Assembly: GCA_963652545.1 (NCBI GenBank)
Contig: CAVJUB010000003.1
Location: 3,429-67,428, forward strand
DNA from: Hallella faecis
GTDB lineage: Bacteria > Pseudomonadota > Gammaproteobacteria > Burkholderiales > Burkholderiaceae_F
Direction of reading: 5' to 3'
Length of the DNA: 64,000 bases
Position numbers and translations under genes: made by a program. The first letter of the stretch is position 1; every line of letters begins with the position of its first letter. Below are positions 50,638 through 61,993 of this stretch, piece after piece. Below the pieces are notes generated by a model. It saw only the letters and a program-made list of their open reading frames with translations, was not told the DNA's origin and made no database searches.

Positions 50638-52182
50638 ATGACTGAAGCTACGCCGACGATCTACTGGCATGACTATGAAACGTTCGGATTGAATCAGCGT
50701 CTCGACCGCCCCGCGCAGTTTGCGGGCTGGCGCACCGACATGAACTTCAATCTCATGACGGACCAGCCGGACATCTGGTACTGCCGCCCCGCGATGGATT
50801 ATCTGCCGGAGCCCACTTCCTGCCTCATCACCGGCATCACGCCGCAGGTAGCCGAAGAGAAGGGCGTGTCCGAACACGATTTCGCCGCCAACATCCGCGC
50901 TCAGATGACGCGCCCCGGAACTCTCTCCGTGGGCTACAACTCCATGAAGTTTGATGACGAGGTGACGCGGCACCTCTTCTGGCGCAATCTCTACGACCCC
51001 TACGAACGCGAGTGGAGCGAAGGCTGCGCTCGCTGGGATCTCTTTCCCTTCGTGCTCGCCGTGTGGGCGCTGCGTCCCGAGGGGATCGAATGGCCCAAGA
51101 ACGGCGGCCCCGATCCCGTGAAGTCGAATCTTTATTCCTTCCGTCTGGAAAAGCTCACCCGAGCCAACGGGCTCGAACATTCGCGCGCCCACGATGCAGC
51201 CAGCGACGTGGAGGCGACGATTGCGCTCGCGCGGCTTCTGGCGCAGCGCCAGCCCCGCCTCTGGCAGTGGGCGCTGAACAACCGCAGCAAGGCGGCCGTG
51301 CGCGCCGCCTTGGAGACGGGCCGCCCCTGCGTTTGCGTGGATCCCTCTGCGGGACAGCGCCGCGGGTTCCTGCGCATCGTGATCCCCATCACCGTGGGCC
51401 CTGTGAACAAAAATGAATACCTCGTGTGGGACTGCCGCGAGGATCCCGACGAGCTTCTCGGCATGTCCGCCGAAGACATCCGCCGCCGCGCCTTCGGCTC
51501 GAAGTCGATGCTTGCTGAAGGCGAGGAGCGCCTCCCGCTTTCCGTCATCAAGATCAATACGTCGCCCTTTGTGTGCGCCGACCTGCGCGTGCTGACGCCG
51601 CGGGTGTGCGAGCGCTTCGGACTCAATCTGGAGCAGATCGTGAAGAACGGCGCCCGTCTCACCGAAATCCAGAAGGAGGTGGTGAGCCCCGTTTACATGA
51701 GCCGCACACGTGAAGAAGGCGCCAAGCCGCCTGAACCCGACACCGACGCCGCGCTCTACTCGGACATGATTCCCAATGCGGACCGCCCGATGATGCAGCG
51801 CATTCAGGCGCTCGCGCCCGAAGCGATCACGCAGGGCATTGCCGAGGGGCGGCTTCATTTTGAGGATCGTCGGCTGGATGAGGTGCTCTGGCGCCTGCGC
51901 GGCCGCAGCTGGCCTGAGACTCTCACGGCCGAGGAGCTTGAAAAGTGGCGCGACTTCTGCGCCTACCGCTTGTCGGGCGCCGTCGTGGGCGTGCGCAGCT
52001 TTGACGCCTTCTTTGAAGAAATCGACAAGCAGGCTGAGGTGAACGACGCTCTGATTTCGGACGGACGGCTGGATGAGGCCCGCTACGAGCGCCGCCGCTC
52101 GATTCTGGATGATCTCTACGCCTGGGGCGAGCGCCTCGGCGCCTACACGCAGGGCGAGCTCGACGCCCGCGGGAGGGAATGA
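50638..52182 (+). CDS. sbcB: Exodeoxyribonuclease I
   Basis: HDYETFG, DRPAQFAG, GYNS..FDDE, AHDA.SDV. Confidence 0.94.
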   Translation: MTEATPTIYWHDYETFGLNQRLDRPAQFAGWRTDMNFNLMTDQPDIWYCRPAMDYLPEPTSCLITGITPQVAEEKGVSEHDFAANIRAQMTRPGTLSVGYNSMKFDDEVTRHLFWRNLYDPYEREWSEGCARWDLFPFVLAVWALRPEGIEWPKNGGPDPVKSNLYSFRLEKLTRANGLEHSRAHDAASDVEATIALARLLAQRQPRLWQWALNNRSKAAVRAALETGRPCVCVDPSAGQRRGFLRIVIPITVGPVNKNEYLVWDCREDPDELLGMSAEDIRRRAFGSKSMLAEGEERLPLSVIKINTSPFVCADLRVLTPRVCERFGLNLEQIVKNGARLTEIQKEVVSPVYMSRTREEGAKPPEPDTDAALYSDMIPNADRPMMQRIQALAPEAITQGIAEGRLHFEDRRLDEVLWRLRGRSWPETLTAEELEKWRDFCAYRLSGAVVGVRSFDAFFEEIDKQAEVNDALISDGRLDEARYERRRSILDDLYAWGERLGAYTQGELDARGRE

Positions 52183-53093
52183 TGTTCGTTCGTCGTGAAA
52201 GCTACCCGGAGACGGCGCCCCGGCGCGTCGCTTTTCTGGGACTGGGCGTCATGGGGTGCCCCATGGCGGCGCATCTCGCGGCGGCCGGCCACGCGGTCAC
52301 CGTCTACAACCGCACGGCGGAGAAGGCCGAGCGCTGGGTGAAGGCGTTCGGCGGCTCGTCTGCCGCCACGCCTCGCGAGGCGGCGCAGGGCGCGGACATC
52401 GTCTTTGCCTGCGTCGGCAACGACGATGACTTGCGCAGCGTCGTGCTGGGCGAGGACGGGGCGTTGGCCGGCATGAAGTCGGGCGCTGTGTTCGTGGACC
52501 ATACGACGGACTCCGCGGAAGTCGCGCGTGAAATGCACGCACGCTTTGCAACGGTTGGCCGGCATTTTCTTGATGCGCCGGTGTCGGGCGGCGAAGCGGG
52601 CGCGGAAAAAGGGTGCCTCACCGTGATGGTCGGGGGCGACGCCGCCGTCTTTGACGCCGTGAAGGACGTGATCGCGGCCGAAGCCTGCGCGGTGACGCGC
52701 ATCGGCGAGGCAGGCGCCGGGCAGCTCGCGAAGATGGTGAACCAGATCGCGATCGCGGGGCTTGTGCAGGGCCTTTCCGAAGCGGTTCGCTTCGGTGAAA
52801 ACGCGGGGCTTGACATGAAGACCGTGCTTTCCGTCATCGAAAAAGGGGCGGCGGGCTCCTGGCAGATGGCGGCGCGCGGCGGCACGATGCTCGACAACCG
52901 CTTTGACTTCGGCTTTGCCGTGAAGTGGATGAGAAAGGATCTCGCCATTGCGTTGGCGGAAGCGCGCCGCAACGGTTCGGCGCTTCCCGTCACGGCGCTC
53001 GTGGACAATTTCTACGCCGAGGTCGAAGCCTCGGGCGGCGAGCGCTGGGACACGTCGTCCCTCATCACGAGGCTGCCGAAGACGACGCGCTGA
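52179..53093 (+). CDS. NAD(P)-dependent oxidoreductase, 3-hydroxyisobutyrate dehydrogenase family
   Basis: FLGLGVMG, DAPVSGG, KMVNQ, KDL. Confidence 0.9.
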   Translation: MMFVRRESYPETAPRRVAFLGLGVMGCPMAAHLAAAGHAVTVYNRTAEKAERWVKAFGGSSAATPREAAQGADIVFACVGNDDDLRSVVLGEDGALAGMKSGAVFVDHTTDSAEVAREMHARFATVGRHFLDAPVSGGEAGAEKGCLTVMVGGDAAVFDAVKDVIAAEACAVTRIGEAGAGQLAKMVNQIAIAGLVQGLSEAVRFGENAGLDMKTVLSVIEKGAAGSWQMAARGGTMLDNRFDFGFAVKWMRKDLAIALAEARRNGSALPVTALVDNFYAEVEASGGERWDTSSLITRLPKTTR

Positions 53094-53217
53094 GCAAGGC
53101 ATCGGCCGTCAAAGAAGAGGCCTCGAGTCGGGTAAGACATTGCGCTTAACCGACTCGGGGCCTTTTTTGCGTTTGGTCAAAGGCTCTATAAATGAGAATG
53201 ATTTCTGTTTGAAAATC

Positions 53218-53246
53218 TTGAAAATGAGAATAGGTCTCATTAGTAT
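53218..53246 (+). promoter_or_regulatory. Sigma70 promoter of feo with an overlapping Fur box
   Basis: TTGAAA-17-TAGTAT; dyad AATGAGA-atagg-TCTCATT at 53223-53241; second AATGAGAAT half-site at 53191. Confidence 0.8.
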
Positions 53247-53323
53247 GCGGTCCGAACTGCCCCGCGAAGGGTCCCTTCGCGTGTCGCTTTGATTCGTTTT
53301 TAAGCCTGAAAGGAAACCGCAGC

Positions 53324-53557
53324 ATGAGTACCTCTGCCATCAAAAAGCTCACCGAAATCGGTCAGGGCGTGGAAGCCATCGTCGTGAAGACGAAGCTCGA
53401 TGAAGGTGAAGAAAATCGTCTGGCCGATCTGGGCCTGCGCCGCGGCTCCACCGTGAAGGTGCTTTACGGCGGCACGGATCAGAGCATTCTCATCGCCGTG
53501 GGCGACGGGCGCATCGGCGTCAACTACGACGTCGCTGACAAGATTTATGTTCACTAA
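53324..53557 (+). CDS. feoA: Ferrous iron transport protein A
   Basis: RLADLGL..G pattern; first gene of the feo operon. Confidence 0.85.
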   Translation: MSTSAIKKLTEIGQGVEAIVVKTKLDEGEENRLADLGLRRGSTVKVLYGGTDQSILIAVGDGRIGVNYDVADKIYVH

Positions 53558-53571
53558 AGGAAATCATCAAC

Positions 53572-53799
53572 ATGTTGCTTAAGGATCTTCACCCCGGTGA
53601 CAAGGGGCGCATTCTCAAGTACAGCAAGGATGCGGTGGAGTATCGCCGCCGTCTGCTGATGCTCGGAGCCACCCCGGGGACGCCCTTTGAGGTCGTCCGC
53701 ATCGCGCCGCTCGGCGACCCCATCGAAATCCGCGTCCGCGGCAGCTTCATCAGCGTCCGCAAGGACGAAGCCGCCATCATGGAAGTGGAGCTCGCCTGA
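53572..53799 (+). CDS. feoA: Ferrous iron transport protein A, second copy
   Basis: RRLL.LG..PG, APLGDPIE. Confidence 0.92.
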   Translation: MLLKDLHPGDKGRILKYSKDAVEYRRRLLMLGATPGTPFEVVRIAPLGDPIEIRVRGSFISVRKDEAAIMEVELA

Positions 53800-53844
53800 T
53801 AAAACCGGGGCGCACGCCCTTTTCTCGTTTCAAAGAAAAAGACT

Positions 53845-56208
53845 ATGTCCAAGCAGACAATCTGCGTCGTCGGCAATCCGAACTGCGGCAAGACGACGCT
53901 CTTCAACGCCCTCACGGGCGCCCACCAGGACGTCGGCAACTGGCCCGGCGTGACGGTGGAAAAGAAGGTGGGTCACTACACCTACAACGGTGAAGAAATC
54001 GAAATCGTCGACCTTCCCGGCATCTACTCCATCACCCCGGCGAGCACCGCCGGCGAAGACGAGCGCGTCGCCCGCGACTACATTCTCACGAATGAATCGT
54101 CCTGCGTCGTCAACATCGTCGACGCCTCGAACCTTGAGCGCAACCTCTACCTCACGGCGCAGCTCGTGGAAATGCGCGTTCCGATGCTCGTCGTCGTGAA
54201 CATGCTCGACATCGCGAAGGCCCATCACCTCGAGATCAATCTCGACGCCCTGCGCGAGAAGCTCGGCTGCCCCGTGGTCGGCATCGTCGCCGCCCGCGGC
54301 ACGGGCGTTGACGACCTGCGCGCCGCGGTGAGCGACTTCTTGAAGAAGCCCGTCGTGCCGCCGATGTCCGTGAAGTTCGACGACAAGATCTCCGCCGGCG
54401 TGAAGCAGGTTGAGAACAAGCTCGCGAGCCTCGGCGTCGAGCGTCCGAACTGGTTTGCCGTGCAGCTGATGGAAAACGCCCCCGGCATCGCCGACAAGCT
54501 CCCCGCGGGCGCCGTCGAAGCCGTGAAGCCCATCATCGCGCCGATCGCGAAGGAATTTGACGACGATCTCGACATCGCCATCGCCGACGCGCGCTATCAG
54601 TTCGTCGCGGGCGTGGCCGAGAAGGTCATCAAGCGCGAAGGCGAAGTGACCGCGACCGTCACCGACAAGATCGACCGCGTGGTGCTCAACCGCTGGCTGG
54701 GCCTGCCGATCTTCCTGCTTGTGATGTACGTGATGTTCCTCTTCACGCAGAACCTCGGCAGCTGCTTCATTGACTTCTTCGACGTTCTCGTGGGCGGCGT
54801 CTGCGTGGACGGCTTCGGCCTCCTGCTGGAATCCATCGGCTGCCCCGACTGGCTCAAGGTCATTCTCGCTGACGGCATCGGCGGCGGTCTGCAGACCGTC
54901 TCCACCTTCATCCCGGTGATCTTCTTCCTGTACTTCTTCCTCGCCATCCTCGAAGACTCGGGCTACATGGCTCGCGCGGCCTTCGTGATGGACCGCATGA
55001 TGCGCGGCCTGGGCCTTCCCGGCAAGGCGTTCGTGCCGCTCATCGTGGGCTTCGGCTGCAACGTGCCCGCCATCATGGCGACTCGCACGATTGACCGTCC
55101 GGGCGATCGCATCACCACGATCATGATGGCTCCGTTCATGAGCTGCGGCGCTCGTCTGCCGGTGTACGTGCTCTTTGGCGTCGCCTTCTTCCCGACGAAC
55201 GGCCAGAACCTCGTGTTCGGCCTCTATCTGATCGGCATCATCGCCGCCGTGTTCACGGGCTTCGTGCTGAAGAAGTTCGTTCTCACGGGCGACACCAGCG
55301 CCTTCGTGATGGAAATCCCGCCGTACCATATCCCGACCGTGAAGGGCGTGCTGCTTCGCACGTGGGATCGCCTGAAGGGCTTCATCCTCCGCGCGGGCAA
55401 GGTGATCGTCGTGATCGTAGCCTGCCTGCAGTTCTTGAACAGCTGGGGCACGGACGGCTCCTTCGGCAACAGCGACACGGACAAGTCCGTCCTCGCCAAG
55501 ATCGGCCAGACTATTGTTCCGATCTTCCAGCCGATGGGCGTGCAGCAGGACAACTGGCCTGCGGCCGTGGGCATCTTCACCGGCGTTCTCGCGAAGGAAG
55601 CCGTGGTCGGCACGATGAACTCCCTCTACGAGAGCATGGCTGCTGACGAAAACGCCAAGGCCGAAGGCGCCGAGGGCGAAGGTGAAGAAGAGGAAGAAGA
55701 GGGCTGGAGCTTCATGGGCACTTTGTCTGAAGCCGTCGGCGTCGTGGGTGAAAACCTCGCCGACCTCGGCAGCTCGCTCCTTGACCCGATGGGCATCGAA
55801 GTCGGTGACTTCGGTGACGAAGAAAGCGCGAAGGCGGCGGCTGAAGACAATGAGTTCTCGCTCACGTCCGTGGGCGTGATGCAGAAGCTCTTCGGCTCTC
55901 AGTTTGCGGCGTTCTGCTACCTCCTCATGGTGCTGCTCTACATGCCCTGCGGCGCGGCCGTGGCGGCGGTGTTCCGCGAAGCGGGCGCCGTGTGGACGGT
56001 GTTCCTCGCCTGCTGGACGTCTGTCATGGGCTACTCCACGGCGACGATCGTCTACCGTCTCGGCTCCTTCGGCGCTGATCCGCTCTACGCCGTGTTCGCG
56101 ATTGTGATCGCGGTGGCGCTCCTTGTGGGCATGGTGCTCACGATGAAGTGCTACGTGAACCGCGAGCGCGCGAACCAGCCCAAGGTGATTCCGATCGCTG
56201 CGCGCTAA
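53845..56208 (+). CDS. feoB: Ferrous iron transporter B
   Basis: GNPNCGKT, NWPGVTVE, DLPG, EDSGYM, GFGCNVP. Confidence 0.97.
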   Translation: MSKQTICVVGNPNCGKTTLFNALTGAHQDVGNWPGVTVEKKVGHYTYNGEEIEIVDLPGIYSITPASTAGEDERVARDYILTNESSCVVNIVDASNLERNLYLTAQLVEMRVPMLVVVNMLDIAKAHHLEINLDALREKLGCPVVGIVAARGTGVDDLRAAVSDFLKKPVVPPMSVKFDDKISAGVKQVENKLASLGVERPNWFAVQLMENAPGIADKLPAGAVEAVKPIIAPIAKEFDDDLDIAIADARYQFVAGVAEKVIKREGEVTATVTDKIDRVVLNRWLGLPIFLLVMYVMFLFTQNLGSCFIDFFDVLVGGVCVDGFGLLLESIGCPDWLKVILADGIGGGLQTVSTFIPVIFFLYFFLAILEDSGYMARAAFVMDRMMRGLGLPGKAFVPLIVGFGCNVPAIMATRTIDRPGDRITTIMMAPFMSCGARLPVYVLFGVAFFPTNGQNLVFGLYLIGIIAAVFTGFVLKKFVLTGDTSAFVMEIPPYHIPTVKGVLLRTWDRLKGFILRAGKVIVVIVACLQFLNSWGTDGSFGNSDTDKSVLAKIGQTIVPIFQPMGVQQDNWPAAVGIFTGVLAKEAVVGTMNSLYESMAADENAKAEGAEGEGEEEEEEGWSFMGTLSEAVGVVGENLADLGSSLLDPMGIEVGDFGDEESAKAAAEDNEFSLTSVGVMQKLFGSQFAAFCYLLMVLLYMPCGAAVAAVFREAGAVWTVFLACWTSVMGYSTATIVYRLGSFGADPLYAVFAIVIAVALLVGMVLTMKCYVNRERANQPKVIPIAAR

Positions 56209-56297
56209 CGCGTCGCAACGGATGAATCGATAGGACTCAAGGCCCGGATGCGCGGAAACGCCGTCCGGGCTTTCGATTTGACGGAGTTTGAAAGACC

Positions 56298-56537
56298 ATG
56301 ATTTCGATGAGCGAATTGAAGGCGTACCTCAAGGCGGAGGGCATGCAGGGAGAGGAGCAGATCGCCCGGCATTTCCAGACGACGCCCGTTCTGATCGCCA
56401 TGATGGCGGAGAAGCTCGCCGCCCGGGGCGTGGTGCGGCTTGTGACGCAGCCGGGCTTTTCGGGCTGCGACGAGTGCACGGGCTGCTGCGAGGGGCACGC
56501 CGCGCAGCGCGCCTGGCGCTACATCGCCAAGGATTGA
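56298..56537 (+). CDS. feoC: FeoC-like winged-helix protein
   Basis: Follows feoB; wHTH-like with GCDECTGCC. Confidence 0.75.
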   Translation: MISMSELKAYLKAEGMQGEEQIARHFQTTPVLIAMMAEKLAARGVVRLVTQPGFSGCDECTGCCEGHAAQRAWRYIAKD

Positions 56538-56558
56538 CCGGCCGTCGGCCGGTCCGCG

Positions 56559-56599
56559 AAAAAAGCCGCCGGAGGGAAGATTCCCCGGGCGGCTATTTT
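56559..56599. terminator. Bidirectional terminator
   Basis: AAAAAGCCGCC...GGCGGCTATTTT between convergent genes. Confidence 0.55.
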
Positions 56600-56611
56600 G
56601 CTGACGTCCGG

Positions 56612-57775
56612 TCAGAGCGAGGCGCGGAGGATCGCGAGCACGCCCTCGCGGTCGATCGGCGCGAAGGCGCCTTCCAGCGGATACCAGACTTGGGCGACGT
56701 GGTCCGCCATGGCGTCAAAGTGTTCGTCCGTCACGCCGACGTCAGACAGGCGCGCCGGGATGCCGATCGAGCGGAAGAAGGCCTCGGTCTTTTCAATGGC
56801 GGCGAGCGCCGTCGTGCGGGCGTCTTCGGCTTTCGGCAGTCCCCAGACGCGCTCGCCGTATTGCGCAAAGCGCGGCGCGGTCTTTTCGTTCAGGCTGTAG
56901 CGCATCCAGTGCGGCGTGATGATGGCAAGCCCCACGCCGTGCGTGATGTCATGGAAGGCGGAGATCTCGTGCTCGATGCCGTGGCAGGGCCAGGGACTCT
57001 CAGAGCGGCCGATGGCGAGCAGGCCGCAGCAGCCGAAGGAGCTTGCCATCAGGAGTTCGGAGCGCGCTTCGTAGTTGTCGGGTTCAGCGATGGCGACGGG
57101 GGCGTTGCGGATGACGGTGCGGATCACCGCTTCGCACAGGCTGTCGGTGATGTCGTTGCCTTCGGCGACAAAGTACTGCTCGAAGGTGTGCGAGAGGATG
57201 TCGCAGGCGCCGGCGGCCGTCTGGTTGGCCGGCACGGTGAACGTGTAGGCCGGGTCGCAGATGGAAACTTTCGGAAAGAGGTTCGGGGCGCCGAGGAACA
57301 TTTTTTCCTGCGTGGCTGGATTCGAAATCACGCCGGAGCTGTCGTATTCGCTGCCGGTGGCGGCAAGCGTCAGCACGGCGTAGATGGGCAGGGCGTCGCC
57401 GATCTTGGCGTGGTCGAGAATGAGGTCCCAGGCGTCTCCCGCGTAGCAGGCGCCGGCTGCGATGGCCTTGGTGGCGTCGATGACGCTGCCGCCGCCCACG
57501 GCGACGAGAAAGTCGATGCCCTCGCGGCGGCAAATGGCCACGCCCTCCCGCACGGAGTCGATGCGCGGATTGGGCGCGATGCCGGAAAGCTCGAAGACCT
57601 CAAAGCCGGCGAGCTGCGCCTTCACGGCCTCGTAGAGGCCGGAGCGCTTGATGCTTCCGCCGCCGTAGGTGAGGAGCACTTTGCGGCCTGCGTTTTTCAC
57701 GGCGGCGCGTAGTTCGCCGAGGCGGCCGCGACCGAAGACGAGATGGGTGGGCAGGTAAAGGTCAAAGTTCTGCAT
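56612..57775 (-). CDS. Iron-containing alcohol dehydrogenase (BdhA/YqhD-like)
   Basis: GGGSIK, GGGSVID, TLAATGSE, HGIEH, HGVGLA. Confidence 0.92.
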   Translation of the reverse strand: MQNFDLYLPTHLVFGRGRLGELRAAVKNAGRKVLLTYGGGSIKRSGLYEAVKAQLAGFEVFELSGIAPNPRIDSVREGVAICRREGIDFLVAVGGGSVIDATKAIAAGACYAGDAWDLILDHAKIGDALPIYAVLTLAATGSEYDSSGVISNPATQEKMFLGAPNLFPKVSICDPAYTFTVPANQTAAGACDILSHTFEQYFVAEGNDITDSLCEAVIRTVIRNAPVAIAEPDNYEARSELLMASSFGCCGLLAIGRSESPWPCHGIEHEISAFHDITHGVGLAIITPHWMRYSLNEKTAPRFAQYGERVWGLPKAEDARTTALAAIEKTEAFFRSIGIPARLSDVGVTDEHFDAMADHVAQVWYPLEGAFAPIDREGVLAILRASL

Positions 57776-57939
57776 GACGGGTTCTCCCATAAGCACGATG
57801 TCTCAATTCTTTCACGTCTCCGCGGCGGCAAACGGCCTGAAAGTGGCGAAAGCTTGTCCCATTACCGCAGAGAACGACTGCCGTCGCGCGGCGTGCGTAG
57901 TACGCTGAGTTTCTCAAAACTTTCTGGGAATACTCAGTC

Positions 57940-58437
57940 ATGGCAGCATCGTTTGAAAAAGTGAAGGCGTTTGTAACGGCGGCGGGATTCGGGGATCGCA
58001 TCCGGCTTCCCGAGGGTTCAAGCGCGACGGTGGAGTTGGCGGCGCAGGCGCTGGGATGCCGGCCCGAGCATATCGCAAAGTCCTTGTCCTTCAATCAGGC
58101 CGAGGGCCCCGTCGTCATCGTGGTGGCGGGCGACGCCAAGATCGACAACCACCGCTACAAGGTGACCTTTCACGAGAAGGCGCACATGATTCCGGGGGCG
58201 GATGTCGAGCGCCTCACTGGACACGTGCCGGGCGGCGTCTGCCCGTTTGCGCTGAACGACGACGTGAAGCTCTATTTCGATGAGTCTCTGAAGCGCTTTA
58301 CGACGGTCTACCCCGCGGCGGGCGAAGACCATACGGCGCTCGAAATCACGGTGGAGGAAATGGAGGCCGTTGCGAAGCCTCTGGGCTGGGTGGACGTCTG
58401 CAAGGCGTGGCGTCCGGAAGAGAAGGCGGCCGCCTGA
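57940..58437 (+). CDS. YbaK/EbsC-family aminoacyl-tRNA deacylase
   Basis: SATVELAA, IAKSL, GGVCPF, YPAAG. Confidence 0.9.
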   Translation: MAASFEKVKAFVTAAGFGDRIRLPEGSSATVELAAQALGCRPEHIAKSLSFNQAEGPVVIVVAGDAKIDNHRYKVTFHEKAHMIPGADVERLTGHVPGGVCPFALNDDVKLYFDESLKRFTTVYPAAGEDHTALEITVEEMEAVAKPLGWVDVCKAWRPEEKAAA

Positions 58438-58515
58438 GGCAGCCCGACCAATGAAAATCGCCGCCGGCTTCAAGAGAGAACCGGCGGCGATGGCTTATGT
58501 CAGCAGGACAGTGGA

Positions 58516-61359
58516 TCAGGCCTTGGGCAGGCGCGCGAGCTGCGCCGCCACCTTTTCCAGCGTGGCGGAGAAGTCCGCAAGACGCTTCTTTTCCTGCTCG
58601 ACAACGGCGGCCGGAGCGCGCTCCACGAAGGAGGCGTTCGAAAGCTTGCCGTTGCACTTCTTGATTTCGCCCTCAAGGCGCGTCACTTCCTTCGTGAGGC
58701 GCTCGCGCTCGGCGGCGATGTCGATTTCAACCTTGAGCATGAGCTTGAAGTCGCCCACGATCGCCACGGGGGCGATGGCGCCTTCGTTCACGGCGTTGAT
58801 GTCCGCGACGGACTCGACGCCCGAGAGGCGCGCAAGCGACGTGAGGTAGGCGGCGACCGTCTCCGTGACGGTCTTGTCGCCTTCCACCTGCAGCGGCACG
58901 CGCACGGAGGGCGCGAGCTGCATCTCGCCGCGCAGGTTGCGCACGGCGTCAATCATCGCCTTCAAGAGCGTCATCTTGCCGTCGGCGTCGCTGTCGGCGG
59001 CGAAGTCCTCCGCCTTCGGATAGGCGGCGATCATGACGCTCGTCTCTTCGTCGGCGCGGCGGGTGCCGGCGCAGACGCTCACCTTCTGCCACAGCTCTTC
59101 CGTGATGAAGGGGATGATCGGGTGCGCCATGCGAAGCGTCGCTTCGAGAACGGTCGCGAGGGTGTGGCGCGTGCCGCGCTGGACGGCTTCGTCAGTGCTG
59201 GCGAGCTGCACCTTGGAGAGCTCCAGGTACCAGTCGCAGAACTCGTTCCACACGAAGCCGTAGATCGCGTTGGCGGCGTTGTCGAGACGGTACTCGGCGA
59301 AGGCCTGGTGCACGGTCTTCAAGGTGCGCTGCAGCTCGGACTGGATCCAGCGGTCCACGAAGGAGAAGGTCATGGGCTTTCCGGCGTCTTCGCCCGTGCC
59401 GCAGTCCTTGCCTTCAATGTTCATCAGCGCAAAGCGCGTCGCGTTCCAGAGCTTGTTGCAGAAGTTGCGGTAGCCCTCGCAGCGCTTGATGTCGAAGTTG
59501 ACGTTGCGGCCCAGCGTGGCGTAGGCCGCCATCGTGAAGCGCAGGGCGTCGGCGCCGTAGGCGTCGATGCCGTTGGGGTAGCGCTTGCGGAGCATCTTTT
59601 CGACCTTCGGGGCCTTCTCGGGCTGGCGCAGGCCGCGGGTGTTCTTCTTGATGAGGTTCTCAAGGTCGATGCCGCTGATGAGGTCGAGCGGGTCAAGCGT
59701 GTTGCCTTCGCTCTTGCTCATCTTCTTGCCTTCGGCGTCGCGCACGAGACCGTGGATGTACACGTTCTTGAAGGGGGCGCGGCCCGTGAAGTGCTTCGTC
59801 ATCATCACCATGCGGGCGACCCAGAAGAAGATGATGTCGTAGCCCGTGACGAGCACGGTGGAGGGAAGGTACAGGTCGTAGGCGGTCTTGTCCTCGCCTT
59901 CGGGGGCGGGCCAGCCCAGCGTGGAGAACGGGACGAGCGCGGAGCTGAACCACGTGTCAAGGACGTCCTCGTCGCGCGTGAGAGCCACGCCTTCGCCAGC
60001 CTGCGCCTGCGCTTCCTCCTCGCTTTCGGCGACGTAGACGTTGCCCTTTTCGTCGTACCAGGCCGGAATCTGATGGCCCCACCAGAGCTGGCGGCTGATG
60101 CACCAGTCCTGAATGTTCTCGAGCCACTGGCGGTAGACGCCCTGCCACTCCTTGGGGAAGATGTTCACTTCGCCCGAGGTGACGGCTTCAAGGCCCACTT
60201 CGCCGATCGACTTCCCCGGATAGAGGGTGCCTTCGGGAGCAGGCTTGCTCATCGCCATGTACCACTGCTCGGACAGCATCGGCTCCACGATTTCGCCCGT
60301 GCGCGTGACGCGCGGCACCATGTGCTTGATGTCCTTGATGCCGACCAAGAGCCCCTGCGCCTCGAGGTCCGCCACGCAGGCCTTGCGGCAGGCGTAGCGG
60401 TCCATGCCGCGGTACTTCTCGGGCACGTTGTCGTTCATCGTCGCCGTCTTCGTGAGGACGTTCAGCATCGGCAGGTGGTGGCGCTTGCCGACTTCAAAGT
60501 CGTTGAAGTCGTGCGCCGGCGTGATCTTCACGCAGCCCGAGCCGAACTCGCGGTCCACATATTCGTCGGCGATGACGGGGATTTCTCGGCCCGTGAGGGG
60601 GAGCTTCAGCATCTTGCCCACGAGGTGCTTGTAGCGCTCGTCTTCGGGATGCACGGCGACGGCCTGGTCGCCGAAGAGCGTTTCCGGACGGGTCGTCGCG
60701 ACGACGACGCCTTCGCTGCCGTCCACGGCGGGGTAGCGGATCTCCCAGAGGTGGCCCGAGGCTTCTTCGCTTTCCACTTCAAGGTCGCTCACCGCGCTCT
60801 GCAGCTTGGAGTCCCAGTTGACGAGACGCTTGCCGCGGTAGATGAGCCCTTCGCGATAGAGCTGGACGAAGGTTTTCTTCACAACCTTGGAGAGCTTCTC
60901 GTCCATCGTGAAGTAGAGGCGGCTCCAGTCCAGGCTGTCGCCCAGACGGCGCATCTGATTGAGAATGGTGCCGCCCGAGAACTTCTGCCAGTCCCAGATG
61001 CGCTCGATGAAGGCGTCGCGGCCGATGTCGCGGCGGTCCTTGCCTTCGCTCTGCAGCTGGCGCTCCACCACGATCTGCGTGGCGATGCCGGCGTGGTCCG
61101 TGCCGGGAAGCCACAGCGCGTTGTAGCCCGACATGCGGTAGTAGCGGGTGAGCGAGTCCATCACCGTCTGGTTGAAGGCGTGCCCCATGTGAAGGATGCC
61201 CGTGATGTTGGGCGGGGGCAGCTGGATCGCGAAGCCGGGCTTGGCGGGGTCGCTGCCGGCCTTGAAGTAGCCGCGGTTTTCCCAAATCGGATACCAGCGC
61301 GCTTCAATGTCGGCCGGTTCAAAACTCTTGGCGAGTTCCTGTGTGGAGGTCTGACTCAT
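58516..61359 (-). CDS. valS: Valine--tRNA ligase
   Basis: [21 protein letters not shown], coiled-coil tail. Confidence 0.98.
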   Translation of the reverse strand: MSQTSTQELAKSFEPADIEARWYPIWENRGYFKAGSDPAKPGFAIQLPPPNITGILHMGHAFNQTVMDSLTRYYRMSGYNALWLPGTDHAGIATQIVVERQLQSEGKDRRDIGRDAFIERIWDWQKFSGGTILNQMRRLGDSLDWSRLYFTMDEKLSKVVKKTFVQLYREGLIYRGKRLVNWDSKLQSAVSDLEVESEEASGHLWEIRYPAVDGSEGVVVATTRPETLFGDQAVAVHPEDERYKHLVGKMLKLPLTGREIPVIADEYVDREFGSGCVKITPAHDFNDFEVGKRHHLPMLNVLTKTATMNDNVPEKYRGMDRYACRKACVADLEAQGLLVGIKDIKHMVPRVTRTGEIVEPMLSEQWYMAMSKPAPEGTLYPGKSIGEVGLEAVTSGEVNIFPKEWQGVYRQWLENIQDWCISRQLWWGHQIPAWYDEKGNVYVAESEEEAQAQAGEGVALTRDEDVLDTWFSSALVPFSTLGWPAPEGEDKTAYDLYLPSTVLVTGYDIIFFWVARMVMMTKHFTGRAPFKNVYIHGLVRDAEGKKMSKSEGNTLDPLDLISGIDLENLIKKNTRGLRQPEKAPKVEKMLRKRYPNGIDAYGADALRFTMAAYATLGRNVNFDIKRCEGYRNFCNKLWNATRFALMNIEGKDCGTGEDAGKPMTFSFVDRWIQSELQRTLKTVHQAFAEYRLDNAANAIYGFVWNEFCDWYLELSKVQLASTDEAVQRGTRHTLATVLEATLRMAHPIIPFITEELWQKVSVCAGTRRADEETSVMIAAYPKAEDFAADSDADGKMTLLKAMIDAVRNLRGEMQLAPSVRVPLQVEGDKTVTETVAAYLTSLARLSGVESVADINAVNEGAIAPVAIVGDFKLMLKVEIDIAAERERLTKEVTRLEGEIKKCNGKLSNASFVERAPAAVVEQEKKRLADFSATLEKVAAQLARLPKA

Positions 61360-61547
61360 GTTGTTCTGTGAACTGAAATAACCCGAGGACGGCGGATGCA
61401 GCGCTTGACGCCTGCGTCCGCAGAAACCCGCTATTTTCGCACGAACAAGACGGATTGGGCATAAGAAAAATCAGGTGATTTGCGAGCTTTGGCGGTCTTT
61501 CGCGGGGGCGCTTCGGGCGGCTTTTTGAAAATTCTTTGCGAAAGGAC

Positions 61548-61576
61548 TTGCAAAGTGCCGCTGAGTTCGTCATAAT
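61548..61576 (+). promoter_or_regulatory. Sigma70 promoter of the tRNA cluster
   Basis: TTGCAA-17-CATAAT followed by a GC-rich discriminator. Confidence 0.7.
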
Positions 61577-61621
61577 GCGCATCCGTTCAGACAAAAACGG
61601 TCTGACGCAAATCTGAAGGTT

Positions 61622-61697
61622 GGGGGTGTAGCTCAGCTGGGAGAGCGCTGCGTTCGCAATGCAGAGGTCAGGAGTTCGATCCTCCTCATCTCCACCA
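61622..61697 (+). tRNA. tRNA-Ala (CGC)
   Basis: Cloverleaf, G3:U70 pair, anticodon arm CTGCG-TTCGCAA-TGCAG, CCA end. Confidence 0.95.
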
Positions 61698-61724
61698 AAT
61701 CACTTCAGTTTGATTGTCTCGCTT

Positions 61725-61800
<76 letters not shown>

Positions 61801-61812
61801 AAAGGATTCAGG

Positions 61813-61888
61813 GTCCCCTTCGTCTAGAGGCCCAGGACACGACCCTTTCACGGTCGGTACAGCGGTTCGAATCCGCTAGGGGACGCCA
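61813..61888 (+). tRNA. tRNA-Glu (TTC)
   Basis: GTCCCCT/AGGGGAC acceptor stem, CGACC-CTTTCAC-GGTCG, CCA end. Confidence 0.96.
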
Positions 61889-61993
61889 AGGAATCAGCCG
61901 CAGGGCTGATTTTTTTTGCTCGTAATTTCCCGTTCCAACGAAAAACGCCGCCGCTTCGCGAGAGGAAGCGACGGCGCCGGATGCTGTCTGCGG

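Noticed and set aside
55660..55705. GAA/GAG-rich run in feoB as a contingency repeat
   Set aside because: In-frame mixed codons encoding an acidic loop, not a pure microsatellite.
59122..61371. Long antisense ORFs (also 4326-6245, 13166-14998, 29171-31195, 33685-35400)
   Set aside because: Shadow frames of high-GC genes with no recognisable motifs.
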